From an uncultured virus (IMG/VR IMGVR_UViG_3300030372_002239) (taxonomy: Duplodnaviria > Heunggongvirae > Uroviricota > Caudoviricetes): a stretch of DNA of 20,000 bases. The notes under the pieces were generated by a model. That model ran no database searches and was not told the origin of the DNA. It saw nothing but the letters and a program-made list of their open reading frames with translations. The position numbers were made by a program, and so were the translations under genes. Below are positions 7,844-16,050 of the stretch, piece after piece. The DNA is taken from positions 45,641 through 65,640 of the IMG/VR virus record IMGVR_UViG_3300030372_002239. The stretch is one strand, 5' to 3'. Every line of letters begins with the position of its first letter. Position 1 is the first letter of the stretch.

Positions 7844-7939
7844 ACAGCCCGAAAGGGTGGAGCGAAGCTCCCTCGGGCTGTACTAACTAATACCCGCAAG
7901 GGACTCGGCAGAGGTGACTGAAAGGAACAATTAGTTAGT
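7844..7939 (+). ncRNA. candidate structured ncRNA or ssDNA element
   Basis: Stems ACAGCCCGA/TCGGGCTGT (7844-7852/7873-7881) and ACTAACTAAT/ATTAGTTAGT (7882-7891/7930-7939) enclosing mini-hairpins with GAA, GCAA, GGCA and GAAA loops; T-rich tail; no ORF. Family not recognised. Confidence 0.5.
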
Positions 7940-7965
7940 TATATTTTTTATTTTCGTCTCAGTAG

Positions 7966-7990
7966 AAAAGGCAGGGGCCGAAGCCCCCAC
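7966..7990 (-). terminator. intrinsic terminator
   Basis: Minus strand GTGGGGGC-TTCG-GCCCCTGC-C-TTTT after the stop at 7996. Confidence 0.75.
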
Positions 7991-7995
7991 CAATG

Positions 7996-8115
7996 TTATG
8001 ACCTGTTACGTTTAAGCAACTTCTGGACTGCTCTGCGCATGATGTCTGTTTGGCGTGGATTGCGTGGAAACAGAAACTTGCGCCCTGCGTATTTCATCAT
8101 TAGACGTTTTCTCAT
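7996..8115 (-). CDS. 39-aa basic early peptide
   Basis: MRKRLMMKYAGRKFLFPRNPRQTDIMRRAVQKLLKRNRS; has its own promoter, leader hairpin and terminator. Confidence 0.7.
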   Translation of the reverse strand: MRKRLMMKYAGRKFLFPRNPRQTDIMRRAVQKLLKRNRS

Positions 8116-8135
8116 AATAACCCGAAGGCAGGGAC

Positions 8136-8163
8136 AGAGTATCAACCATCCATAACAAGTCAA
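8136..8163 (-). promoter_or_regulatory. sigma70-like early promoter
   Basis: TTGACT (8163-8158), 16-nt spacer ending TGA, TACTCT (8141-8136); leader GTCCCTGCCTTCGGGTTATT-ATG is nearly identical to the leader at 6931-6950. Confidence 0.75.
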
Positions 8164-8186
8164 GATAAAAATAAAAAATAAATTGG

Positions 8187-8214
8187 TTGACACAATTCTT
8201 GATTCTGGTACTTT
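8187..8214 (+). promoter_or_regulatory. sigma70-like early promoter, back-to-back with the 8163 promoter
   Basis: TTGACA (8187-8192), 16-nt spacer ending TGG, TACTTT (8209-8214); A-rich UP-like tract upstream; GCGGT-AAT-ACCGC hairpin before ATG 8241. Confidence 0.75.
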
Positions 8215-8240
8215 GGGGGTGCGGTAATACCGCAAATGTT

Positions 8241-8462
8241 ATGACAATAGAAAACCTAAAGTTGGCAATTCGCGGAATGGCTTCAGTATTGAATGAAACC
8301 ATCCTTGAGTTGGATACGTTGCAAAAGAAGTATGACGAACTCAAGCTGGACGAACGTCGATACTATCAATGGTGGCATGATGAAACCAAAGAGACTGACA
8401 GGCTCAAGGGTATCCTTGAGAAAACTGGCATGGCCTCGGAACCAGTAGAAGCTGATGAATAA
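8241..8462 (+). CDS. early hypothetical coiled-coil protein, 73 aa
   Basis: ATG at 8241 (MTIENLKLAIRGM...), downstream of the promoter. Confidence 0.75.
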   Translation: MTIENLKLAIRGMASVLNETILELDTLQKKYDELKLDERRYYQWWHDETKETDRLKGILEKTGMASEPVEADE

Positions 8463-8532
8463 AACTGATAAATTCTGTCTATGCTTTTTGCTAGGCTTTA
8501 TAATAATCGTAGTAATCAAGTCCCTCAGTTGA
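8455..8532 (+). CDS. 25-aa hydrophobic micro-protein (not in ORF track)
   Basis: MNKTDKFCLCFLLGFIIIVVIKSLS; overlaps the upstream stop by 8 nt and ends inside the terminator. Confidence 0.5.
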   Translation: MNKTDKFCLCFLLGFIIIVVIKSLS

Positions 8533-8544
8533 GGGGCTTTTTTT
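8519..8544 (+). terminator. intrinsic terminator insulating the late operon from the early promoter
   Basis: AGTCCCTC-AGTT-GAGGGGCT-TTTTTT. Confidence 0.85.
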
Positions 8545-8552
8545 GTGCCTAG

Positions 8553-8581
8553 AGGGGGAGGGGATCAAAGGGGGAGGGGGG
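8553..8581 (+). repeat. direct repeat AGGGGGAGGGG x2 (four G-tracts)
   Basis: GGGGG-A-GGGG-ATCAAA-GGGGG-A-GGGGGG; copies start at 8553 and 8569. Confidence 0.8.
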
Positions 8582-8674
8582 CCAGAAGTCGTGCCGCTAC
8601 TGGACTATAACCTCCTCTGAAAAAATGACCCAAAAAACACTATGAGACAAAACATACTTTATCTTATAAAATTC

Positions 8675-8690
8675 TGGCACGAACTCTGCT
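8675..8690 (+). promoter_or_regulatory. sigma54 (RpoN) -24/-12 promoter for the late operon
   Basis: TGGCACGAACTCTGCT (one mismatch to TGGCAC-N5-TTGCW, GG-N10-GC spacing exact); intergenic, upstream of the morphogenesis genes; predicted start near 8701. Confidence 0.85.
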
Positions 8691-8780
8691 TCAACCGCCC
8701 CATGTGTGAACGATCAATCGAAATCTGCAAATCAACGCCTCTAATTCAGTACGCCCTCTTCTTCAACCCCAATCTATTCG

Positions 8781-11700
8781 ATGCCTACCGAGTCTAACAT
8801 TGTTCAAGAGTTTGCTGATGGGCCAACTCCTGACACCGTTGACGCATTTGGCAAAGTAGCTGAAGGCCCACTCATAAAGTACAATCCCGGTGGTTTCGCC
8901 CAATTCCGGGCTGAGACAACTGGATTACCACCTGCTCGCGCTCAATTCGGCGACCAAGAGTTTTGGGGTCAACTCGTCACACCCACAACCACAAAACTAG
9001 ACACAGAACCAACAGGCCCAACAGGCCCAACAGATTTAGATGGCACAGGATTATCGAACGACCAAATAGACGCGATAGTAAAAGAAAGTGATGATGCAAA
9101 TAAAGAACTTGAAGATTGGTATCGCAGATCAAGTAGTGATGACCTAGTAGATTTTGATAAGTACCGACTCGACATACCAGACCCAAAAATCAACTGGGAC
9201 ACCAGCGATATTGGCTACACCGGCTACGATTACAGAAAAGACCCCGATTTCTTATCTGGAGACCTAATCAGCGCAGACCGCAATTTTGAGCCGATACAGA
9301 TTCCTCTTGGCCCCGGTGGTGGAGGCCCGATAGGACTTGCACCAAGGACACCGCAACCAAAGCAGGATCGTCCAAGAATTTCGATTACGCCAAAAGGAAT
9401 ACCAAAACCAGAAAAAGATTTACCACCAGTAAAAGGAACTTCAAAAAATACAACAGGAATATTTAAGCCAACGCTAGGAGATAAAGCGGCACAAACATTA
9501 CAAGACATATTCTCTGCAACAGAAAAGCCAGCAAGAATACTTTTTGGTAAAACACGTTATGACGCAGAAGGCCCATTACGCAAAGATGAACGTCAGACAT
9601 TTGACACACTCAAAAAGTTCAAAGATTGGTCAGATGGTTTAACTGAAGAACAATTCAAGCTATGGGAGACTAAAGGTATACCGTCAGAAACAACAGGACG
9701 CGCACCTGTTGGCCCGAAATATGGCAAGATGCTGGCTGACTTTGGTCGCATCCTCAAGAACGAAGAAAACATACGCACACAAGAATATGGCGACCTTCAG
9801 CTACTTGCTGCATTAAACACGGCAGCCTTAATCAGTCAGTATGGTGCAATCGGTGGTGCAATCCCCGTTTTAATCACAGCCTCAGACGACATTATGTCAG
9901 GCATGAACAATATGTTCGCCAAGAGTCCTGAACTAGCAGGAAACCCAATACAAGACTTTGTGCATGGTACAACATGGGTACTCGGCAAAACCTTACAAAA
10001 AACTTACAACAACACAATCGGCCAAGTCTTACCCAAGATCAAAGATACACGGATAAAGGACAAGCTAGGAAACATCGACGAGTTTATGAAAGCACCTCGT
10101 CGTCCTACAATGGGCACAAAAGCCGTAATCTCAATGCCCGATCCCGATGGCACAATAAGAACAGACCGAAACATAAGCAAAGGGATACCAGAAGCAGAGC
10201 GGCAACAAGTTACAGCGCAAACCACATCAACAGTAACAGACCCAGCGACAGCGACAGCTAGACCAATAAGTGTCCGAAACATAGGCAGAGGTGTACCAAC
10301 AGGGGCAACAACAAGACTAACTGGTGATACACCTGTCTCACAAACAACAAGCACACTACCAAAAGTCGAAACTTCTGAAACACTTACAGCCAATATAACA
10401 GATAAAGATAAACAAAAGATTGATGATGGAACAACAGTAACAGAGCAAAAGCCTACAGGCATAACAATCGTAGACGTAGATGACTTTGAATCAAAAGACC
10501 AAGACAAAGATATAGAAACAGCAGACCTAGACTTACGCTACGAGCAACCAGTCGAAACTAAAATTGTAGACCCGATAGTAGTAAGTCCAAAAGGTAAGGA
10601 GAAAAAAGATGAAATAAAAACTGAAAAAAATCAGAAACTAAAAACTCCTAAAACTCAACCAGATTTAGTTGACGCTAAATCAATAAAAGTAAAAGAAGGT
10701 GATAAAAAACCAGACCCAAAAATTAAAGGACTTAAAATAGAAAAAGTTGATGGTGTTGTTTCAAACGAAGACAAAGAAGACAAAAAAGACGTAAAAGAAG
10801 CTGACTTAAATTTAGAGTATAAAAAACTAGATGAGTCTGAACTCGATAAAATAAAGTCAAATATAGAGAAAGAACAAAAACAACGCGAAGAACAAAAACG
10901 CGAAGAAGAACGTAAACAACAGGAGGGTAAAAAGTCTAAAGACAAACCAAAATTCACAATAGATGTTGAAGAAGTAGAACCTACAACAGACCCTCCGGTA
11001 ACTGAGTTACCATTTATGCCAGAAATTGTTGCTCCCGAGGTAGACGAAGATGCAAAGCTAGATGATCCACCAGAGGAACAGCCAGACGATGAACTCGAAT
11101 ATACACCAGAAACAGGCGTAGAAGCTCCCGATGGTTTATATTACAGCACTTATTATAATGTTCCCGTTGATGCTGACGGCAATCCTTTTGGAACTTCTGG
11201 TTGGGATGAAAGTCGATACGAAGGAAAAACACTTCCGGTATTAAATATGGCATTTGGACTTGATCCTAATAATCCCGAAATTGGTGGTAAAGTAGGCGAA
11301 AAACCAAGCGGGAAAGAAATGGATTGGAATGCCAGAATGCAAGATTTTAGAGACAGGAACGCTTTGTCTGAAAATGTAGGATCAAGAACTAACTATGAAG
11401 TTGATTTTGGAGATGTAGATCCAACAATCGGCGGTGGAGGTTCGGTAAAGATAGACATGGAAGAAAATCCATACGGATTAAATAATCCGGATTTTCCCGG
11501 TCAAGGCTACAACGAAGACCCAAGCACATACCAAAGAATCGCAGATTCACAAACAGGTGTAAGATGGGACGCTAGTATAAATGATTTTGTTCCGTGGAAT
11601 CCAGATTTACCAGAGTCTAATAATCCCGACAATCCACAGTATTGGGGGCCAGAACGCGACATTCCTCAAGGCGGGGGCGAGGCTACTGGCGGGCAAAAAG

Positions 11701-11939
11701 TATGGACAAAACCTGAAGTAGCAGACCACGCAAGAAATACGGGACAGTTAACGCCAGAAAGAATAACGTGGGTAAATACAGAAACAAATGAAATACATAC
11801 TGAAACTGTAACTCCATACGTTTATCGAGACGGTTTTGGTTGGGCTTATGATTATGATACAAGTCCACCATTTTGGTTACAAGGTAACTGGCGAACATTC
11901 GATGCGCCAGTAGGAGGGAGTATTGATTTAGGTGAGTAG
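8781..11939 (+). CDS. large low-complexity protein of unknown function, 1052 aa (possible virion/ejection protein)
   Basis: 3.1-kb ORF with P/T/K/E/D-rich blocks and one hydrophobic stretch; function is inference only. Confidence 0.8.
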   Translation: MPTESNIVQEFADGPTPDTVDAFGKVAEGPLIKYNPGGFAQFRAETTGLPPARAQFGDQEFWGQLVTPTTTKLDTEPTGPTGPTDLDGTGLSNDQIDAIVKESDDANKELEDWYRRSSSDDLVDFDKYRLDIPDPKINWDTSDIGYTGYDYRKDPDFLSGDLISADRNFEPIQIPLGPGGGGPIGLAPRTPQPKQDRPRISITPKGIPKPEKDLPPVKGTSKNTTGIFKPTLGDKAAQTLQDIFSATEKPARILFGKTRYDAEGPLRKDERQTFDTLKKFKDWSDGLTEEQFKLWETKGIPSETTGRAPVGPKYGKMLADFGRILKNEENIRTQEYGDLQLLAALNTAALISQYGAIGGAIPVLITASDDIMSGMNNMFAKSPELAGNPIQDFVHGTTWVLGKTLQKTYNNTIGQVLPKIKDTRIKDKLGNIDEFMKAPRRPTMGTKAVISMPDPDGTIRTDRNISKGIPEAERQQVTAQTTSTVTDPATATARPISVRNIGRGVPTGATTRLTGDTPVSQTTSTLPKVETSETLTANITDKDKQKIDDGTTVTEQKPTGITIVDVDDFESKDQDKDIETADLDLRYEQPVETKIVDPIVVSPKGKEKKDEIKTEKNQKLKTPKTQPDLVDAKSIKVKEGDKKPDPKIKGLKIEKVDGVVSNEDKEDKKDVKEADLNLEYKKLDESELDKIKSNIEKEQKQREEQKREEERKQQEGKKSKDKPKFTIDVEEVEPTTDPPVTELPFMPEIVAPEVDEDAKLDDPPEEQPDDELEYTPETGVEAPDGLYYSTYYNVPVDADGNPFGTSGWDESRYEGKTLPVLNMAFGLDPNNPEIGGKVGEKPSGKEMDWNARMQDFRDRNALSENVGSRTNYEVDFGDVDPTIGGGGSVKIDMEENPYGLNNPDFPGQGYNEDPSTYQRIADSQTGVRWDASINDFVPWNPDLPESNNPDNPQYWGPERDIPQGGGEATGGQKVWTKPEVADHARNTGQLTPERITWVNTETNEIHTETVTPYVYRDGFGWAYDYDTSPPFWLQGNWRTFDAPVGGSIDLGE

Positions 11940-12288
11940 TCATCAAGTAGTTAGATTAGCGAAGGAAGGTTTCTCGGTTGAAGAAATTGTAGAAGACCTT
12001 GGGTATGAGCGTGAGAACGTCGAGTTAATCCTAGCAGGAAATAAGAAAGCTAAAGATACTCCGCTTGCCAAAAAATTTGAAGAACTGGAAGACACGGCAC
12101 TAGACGTAGTTCGTGTTGCGCTACAAACAGGAACAGCGAATGCTCCTGCGCTGAAAGCTGCTTTCTACGTTCTTGACCAGAGGCAGGGACTCAAGACACC
12201 TCATGGTACAACTAACGTGAACATATCAGATTTTAACCTCCGACTAGAAAAAGCGCGAGAGGTTATGAATAAAGCCATAGAAGTATGA
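11932..12288 (+). CDS. probable terminase small subunit
   Basis: N-terminal HTH-like segment (RLAKEGFSVEEIVEDLGY), helical core, 'TNVNI' C-terminal strand; size and position upstream of TerL. Confidence 0.6.
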   Translation: MSSHQVVRLAKEGFSVEEIVEDLGYERENVELILAGNKKAKDTPLAKKFEELEDTALDVVRVALQTGTANAPALKAAFYVLDQRQGLKTPHGTTNVNISDFNLRLEKAREVMNKAIEV

Positions 12289-12503
12289 CAGTAAAAAATG
12301 GACGGCTATTCGCCGTAAAGAACAAGAGCCGAAAATTCGGTGCTACAAACAAATACGTATTCACGTACCTTGAAGACAGTAACGGTGACAACGAGTTACC
12401 TTACTTATTCACGCCAAGCCAGTTACGAGTCGCACGAAAACGTGCTGAAGATAATCCAGAAGACTTGCTCGAAAAAAACTTGTTAACTGACTGGTTTGAT
12501 TAA
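12285..12503 (+). CDS. hypothetical protein, 72 aa
   Basis: ATGA overlap upstream and TAATG overlap downstream. Confidence 0.8.
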   Translation: MTVKNGRLFAVKNKSRKFGATNKYVFTYLEDSNGDNELPYLFTPSQLRVARKRAEDNPEDLLEKNLLTDWFD

Positions 12504-12859
12504 TGGAACTATACAATTATAAAGCAGAAGTTACCAGAGTTGTTGACGGTGATACTGTTGACGCTTTTATTGATCTTGGTTTTGATATGCATTCAAAGCA
12601 GCGTGTACGTCTTTACGGTATTAACGCACCGGAGACGCGAACTCGCGACTTGATCGAGAAGAAGCATGGTAAAGCTGCGACGAGACGTTTGGTTGAGATG
12701 CTCAAGGAAAACAAAAACAAATGCATTATAAAAACGTCACTCGACAAGAAAGGTAAATACGGTCGTGTGTTAGGCACATTATTCATTGACGACAAAAACC
12801 TAAACGAGACTCTGGTAGAAGAAGGTTACGCAGAAACCTACCATGGAGAAAAGCGGTAA
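12503..12859 (+). CDS. thermonuclease (staphylococcal nuclease-like, SNase)
   Basis: 'RVVDGDT', 'RVRLYGINAPE', 'GKYGRVLG', 'LNETLVEEGYA'. Confidence 0.92.
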   Translation: MELYNYKAEVTRVVDGDTVDAFIDLGFDMHSKQRVRLYGINAPETRTRDLIEKKHGKAATRRLVEMLKENKNKCIIKTSLDKKGKYGRVLGTLFIDDKNLNETLVEEGYAETYHGEKR

Positions 12860-14345
12860 CATACAATTTAAAGACCCTTACGAGATGTTGACCGTTATTG
12901 ACGACGACATCTTGGAGGGACGCATTTCTCTACACAAATGGCAGCGTGAAATCCTAGAGGATTACGGCAAGCCATCAAATGCCAGTAAACCATTCAAGGC
13001 CGCAGTAAGAGCGGCGAATGGTTCTGGTAAAGATCAATTTGTTATAGCCCCTTGCGCCTTATGGACTTGCATGGCATCAGCTAATGCAGTCTCGATAGTC
13101 ACAACTGCATCTGGTAATCAGCTAGATCGCCAAACAGACAAGTACATCAAGCAGTTAATGAACACCATTAACAAGATGTTTGGCACACAAGTCTGGAAGA
13201 TGAACTATCGTCATTACACCAACTTACTAAATGGCTCAACAATCGAGCTATTCGTAACGGACGAGGCTGGTAGAGCAGAGGGTTGGCATCCGGTAGTTCC
13301 CGGCGGGGAACTAGCAATATTTGTCTCGGAGGCCAAGTCAGTACCCGACGAGATATTTACAGCGTTGGCTCGTTGCACGGGCTTTACTAAACGAGTGGAC
13401 GTATCTAGTCCCGGCCCACCTTCCGGTCACTTCTACAATATGTGTACTGGAGGTAACTGGAAGCAATATCATGTCACAGCTTTCGACTGCCCCCATCTAT
13501 CAGAAGAATACATTGCTGAAATCAAAGACTCGTATGGAGAAACCTCTGCTTTATACAAGTCTATGATAATGGCTGAGTTTGGTGGTATGGACGAGCAAGT
13601 CGTAATAAATCACCAGAAACTTGTAGACTTGGACAAACACGAAATAGAACATCTAGAAGAAGAATACAACGTAGCTGGCCTTGATTTATCAGCAGGAGGT
13701 GACGAGCAAGTTCTAGTAATCCGAAACGGTAACAAAACGCTTGCAGTCGAAGCCTTCAACTTTCGAGACACAGTCGCCCTAATAAATCACCTAGAACACT
13801 TATTCAGAAAATACAAACTAGACCACGAACAATCAATAATCTACGGTGATGCAGGAGGTTTAGGCAAACCTATACTCGACCAACTAAAAGCTAACTGGAA
13901 CGTCACCTACGTCTTAAACCAAGCAAAGCCATACAACAATCTAGCCTACTTAAATCGCGGTGCAGAACTCTGGTTCAGCGTGGGCAAGTTAATAGAATAC
14001 GGAGAGATCATGGTTCCTAGAGAATCAAAGCTCCGCAAACAACTAGCATCTCGCTACTTCGTAGTGACACCGCAAAATAAACTACAACTTGAAAGTAAGA
14101 AACAGGCACGATCAAAGGGTCATGTATCGCCTGACAGAGCAGATGCTTTCGTACTTGCGTTCGCAGACTATCGTGGTATCAAGCCCAAGAAGTTGCGTAA
14201 AAAACGCACAGAAAAATTTACACCAAAACAATTTAATTTAACATCAAACAGACAAAGAGCGGTATTCGGCTTTAACGTAAGATCGAATCCGTGGTTACAA
14301 GATGAAATACAACAACTACAAGAATTATCAAGAGGCCGCAACTAA
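12843..14345 (+). CDS. terL: terminase large subunit
   Basis: Adenine-binding 'WQ', Walker A 'AANGSGKD', Walker B-like 'IFVSEA', coupling motif 'SSP', nuclease 'GLDLSAGGD' and 'SPDRADA'. Confidence 0.92.
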   Translation: MEKSGNIQFKDPYEMLTVIDDDILEGRISLHKWQREILEDYGKPSNASKPFKAAVRAANGSGKDQFVIAPCALWTCMASANAVSIVTTASGNQLDRQTDKYIKQLMNTINKMFGTQVWKMNYRHYTNLLNGSTIELFVTDEAGRAEGWHPVVPGGELAIFVSEAKSVPDEIFTALARCTGFTKRVDVSSPGPPSGHFYNMCTGGNWKQYHVTAFDCPHLSEEYIAEIKDSYGETSALYKSMIMAEFGGMDEQVVINHQKLVDLDKHEIEHLEEEYNVAGLDLSAGGDEQVLVIRNGNKTLAVEAFNFRDTVALINHLEHLFRKYKLDHEQSIIYGDAGGLGKPILDQLKANWNVTYVLNQAKPYNNLAYLNRGAELWFSVGKLIEYGEIMVPRESKLRKQLASRYFVVTPQNKLQLESKKQARSKGHVSPDRADAFVLAFADYRGIKPKKLRKKRTEKFTPKQFNLTSNRQRAVFGFNVRSNPWLQDEIQQLQELSRGRN

Positions 14346-16050
14346 CATACACAAGTTAGTCGGTATATGTGATGCCCAAAGTGTTCGTGCCAACGACCAA
14401 CGTCAGCAACGTCGTCTTAACGTCGATCTCGATTTAGAACGTCGCGATGGCTATCTAGCACCGGATGAGATTTATATACCAACGCACATCATCGACACAA
14501 ATATTCGTCGTGAGCAAGCCAAGTATGTTTCGTACATCGTAAACTCAAGACGCACAGCGATCTTTTCAAGCTCGACAGACCCAGCGTTTAACACCGGCCC
14601 ACTAGAGCGAGACTTTACAGAACGCTCACGTTACGACGGTTGGCAGATACCATTATTCCGAGTCATAGACTGTATGCAGTTGCATGGCTACTGTATTGCA
14701 GAAGTAGAATTCGATGACACGAAGCCCGGTCATTTTGGAATAGAATCTGTAAACTACGAGGACATTGCATTTCCAGATGACACTCGCGACATACAAGCGT
14801 GTGGTATGCTAGTTCATCGACATTACTTTACTCGTGAGCAACTGTTGGACATGGTTAAGACACGAGACTTTAGCAAATCGGAAGTCGAGGCTTTAGTAGG
14901 CGAGCCTGTTGACGAGCAGACGGAATCCTTGTTTAAGATTGAGAAGGTCATGTTTAGAAGCAAGGGGATAGTTCAAGTGGGGTGGTCTTGCGCAGCTAGA
15001 TGCAACGACTGGTTGCGCAAGCCACGTCCCCTCTTTTTGGGCAAGCGAGACGCAGAAGGAGAAATCTACGAGACAGAATATCCATACGTCGTATTCCATT
15101 ACACAATAGCAGAGGACATGACTATCAAGAATTCTGTTGGTCGTGCCTTCCTAGATAAGCACACACAAGAAGCAGTTAGTTCAATGATGTCATCGTTTGT
15201 GACTGCACATCGTCGTGCATCTAACTTTTACTTTGCCAAAGACTCTGATGATCCGAATCAAAGCAACGAGCAAACAAATGTACAGTTTGTTCCCGGCGCA
15301 CTAATAGATTCAAACGTCAGACAATTCCAACTGTCACCACCTAATGCACAGATGTTATCAGCGATACAAACATTGATAACACAGAATGCACAGGAGCAAT
15401 CTCAGATGAACTATGCTGCAATGAATCGACAAGATTCACGCAAAACAGCAACAGAGATTCAGACAGCAACCGCTGAAGCACAAATGTTATCGGCAACACA
15501 AGTTGCATTATTTAGCATCGCCATCAAACGCATCTACGAAAAGTGTTTCGACATATATAACTCTCGCGTTCTTGACGGTTTAATTGAACCAAACATCTCA
15601 CTAGAATACTTTACTGACCACAAGTACAACATGAAACCAGCGGGTGACACCGATGTTGTAGAGCGACAGGAGAAAGCGTCAAAGATGCTGCAAGTTTGGC
15701 CGGTAATTCAACAGAACAGCGCACTCGCAATAGACTACATGAAGGATATGCTGAGTATGCTATTCCCTGACGAAGCTCCAAAATACATCAACATGATGCA
15801 AGAAGATACGGCTCGCGCTCAGTTGATCCAGCAGATGATGACGATAATTCAGAGTCTAGTCACAGACCCACAAACAGGACAACTAAACCAAGAAGCACAA
15901 CCGTATGCCCAACAGCTACAACAATTACAACAACAAGTCCAAGCACTTTCGGGAGGCGACCAGAAAGGTGCTGGAGGAGCAAGCTCATCAGCAATGGCTG
16001 GACAACCCAACAACCAAGGTATTCCTCAACCTACTCAGGCAGGAGCGTGA
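14302..16050 (+). CDS. portal protein
   Basis: 582 aa directly after TerL; 'KTATEI' motif and Q-rich C-terminal barrel as in P22/podovirus-type portals. Confidence 0.85.
   Translation: MKYNNYKNYQEAATNIHKLVGICDAQSVRANDQRQQRRLNVDLDLERRDGYLAPDEIYIPTHIIDTNIRREQAKYVSYIVNSRRTAIFSSSTDPAFNTGPLERDFTERSRYDGWQIPLFRVIDCMQLHGYCIAEVEFDDTKPGHFGIESVNYEDIAFPDDTRDIQACGMLVHRHYFTREQLLDMVKTRDFSKSEVEALVGEPVDEQTESLFKIEKVMFRSKGIVQVGWSCAARCNDWLRKPRPLFLGKRDAEGEIYETEYPYVVFHYTIAEDMTIKNSVGRAFLDKHTQEAVSSMMSSFVTAHRRASNFYFAKDSDDPNQSNEQTNVQFVPGALIDSNVRQFQLSPPNAQMLSAIQTLITQNAQEQSQMNYAAMNRQDSRKTATEIQTATAEAQMLSATQVALFSIAIKRIYEKCFDIYNSRVLDGLIEPNISLEYFTDHKYNMKPAGDTDVVERQEKASKMLQVWPVIQQNSALAIDYMKDMLSMLFPDEAPKYINMMQEDTARAQLIQQMMTIIQSLVTDPQTGQLNQEAQPYAQQLQQLQQQVQALSGGDQKGAGGASSSAMAGQPNNQGIPQPTQAGA

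Noticed and set aside
7882..7939. Hammerhead ribozyme or tRNA reading of the structured element
   Set aside because: No CUGANGA plus GAAA core in the right arrangement, and no T-loop, D-loop or acceptor-stem pattern.
8969..11946. Antisense ORFs in the track over the 1052-aa gene (and similar shadow ORFs over other genes)
   Set aside because: Fully nested opposite long genes, with S/F/V/L-rich translations expected from the reverse of A-rich codons.
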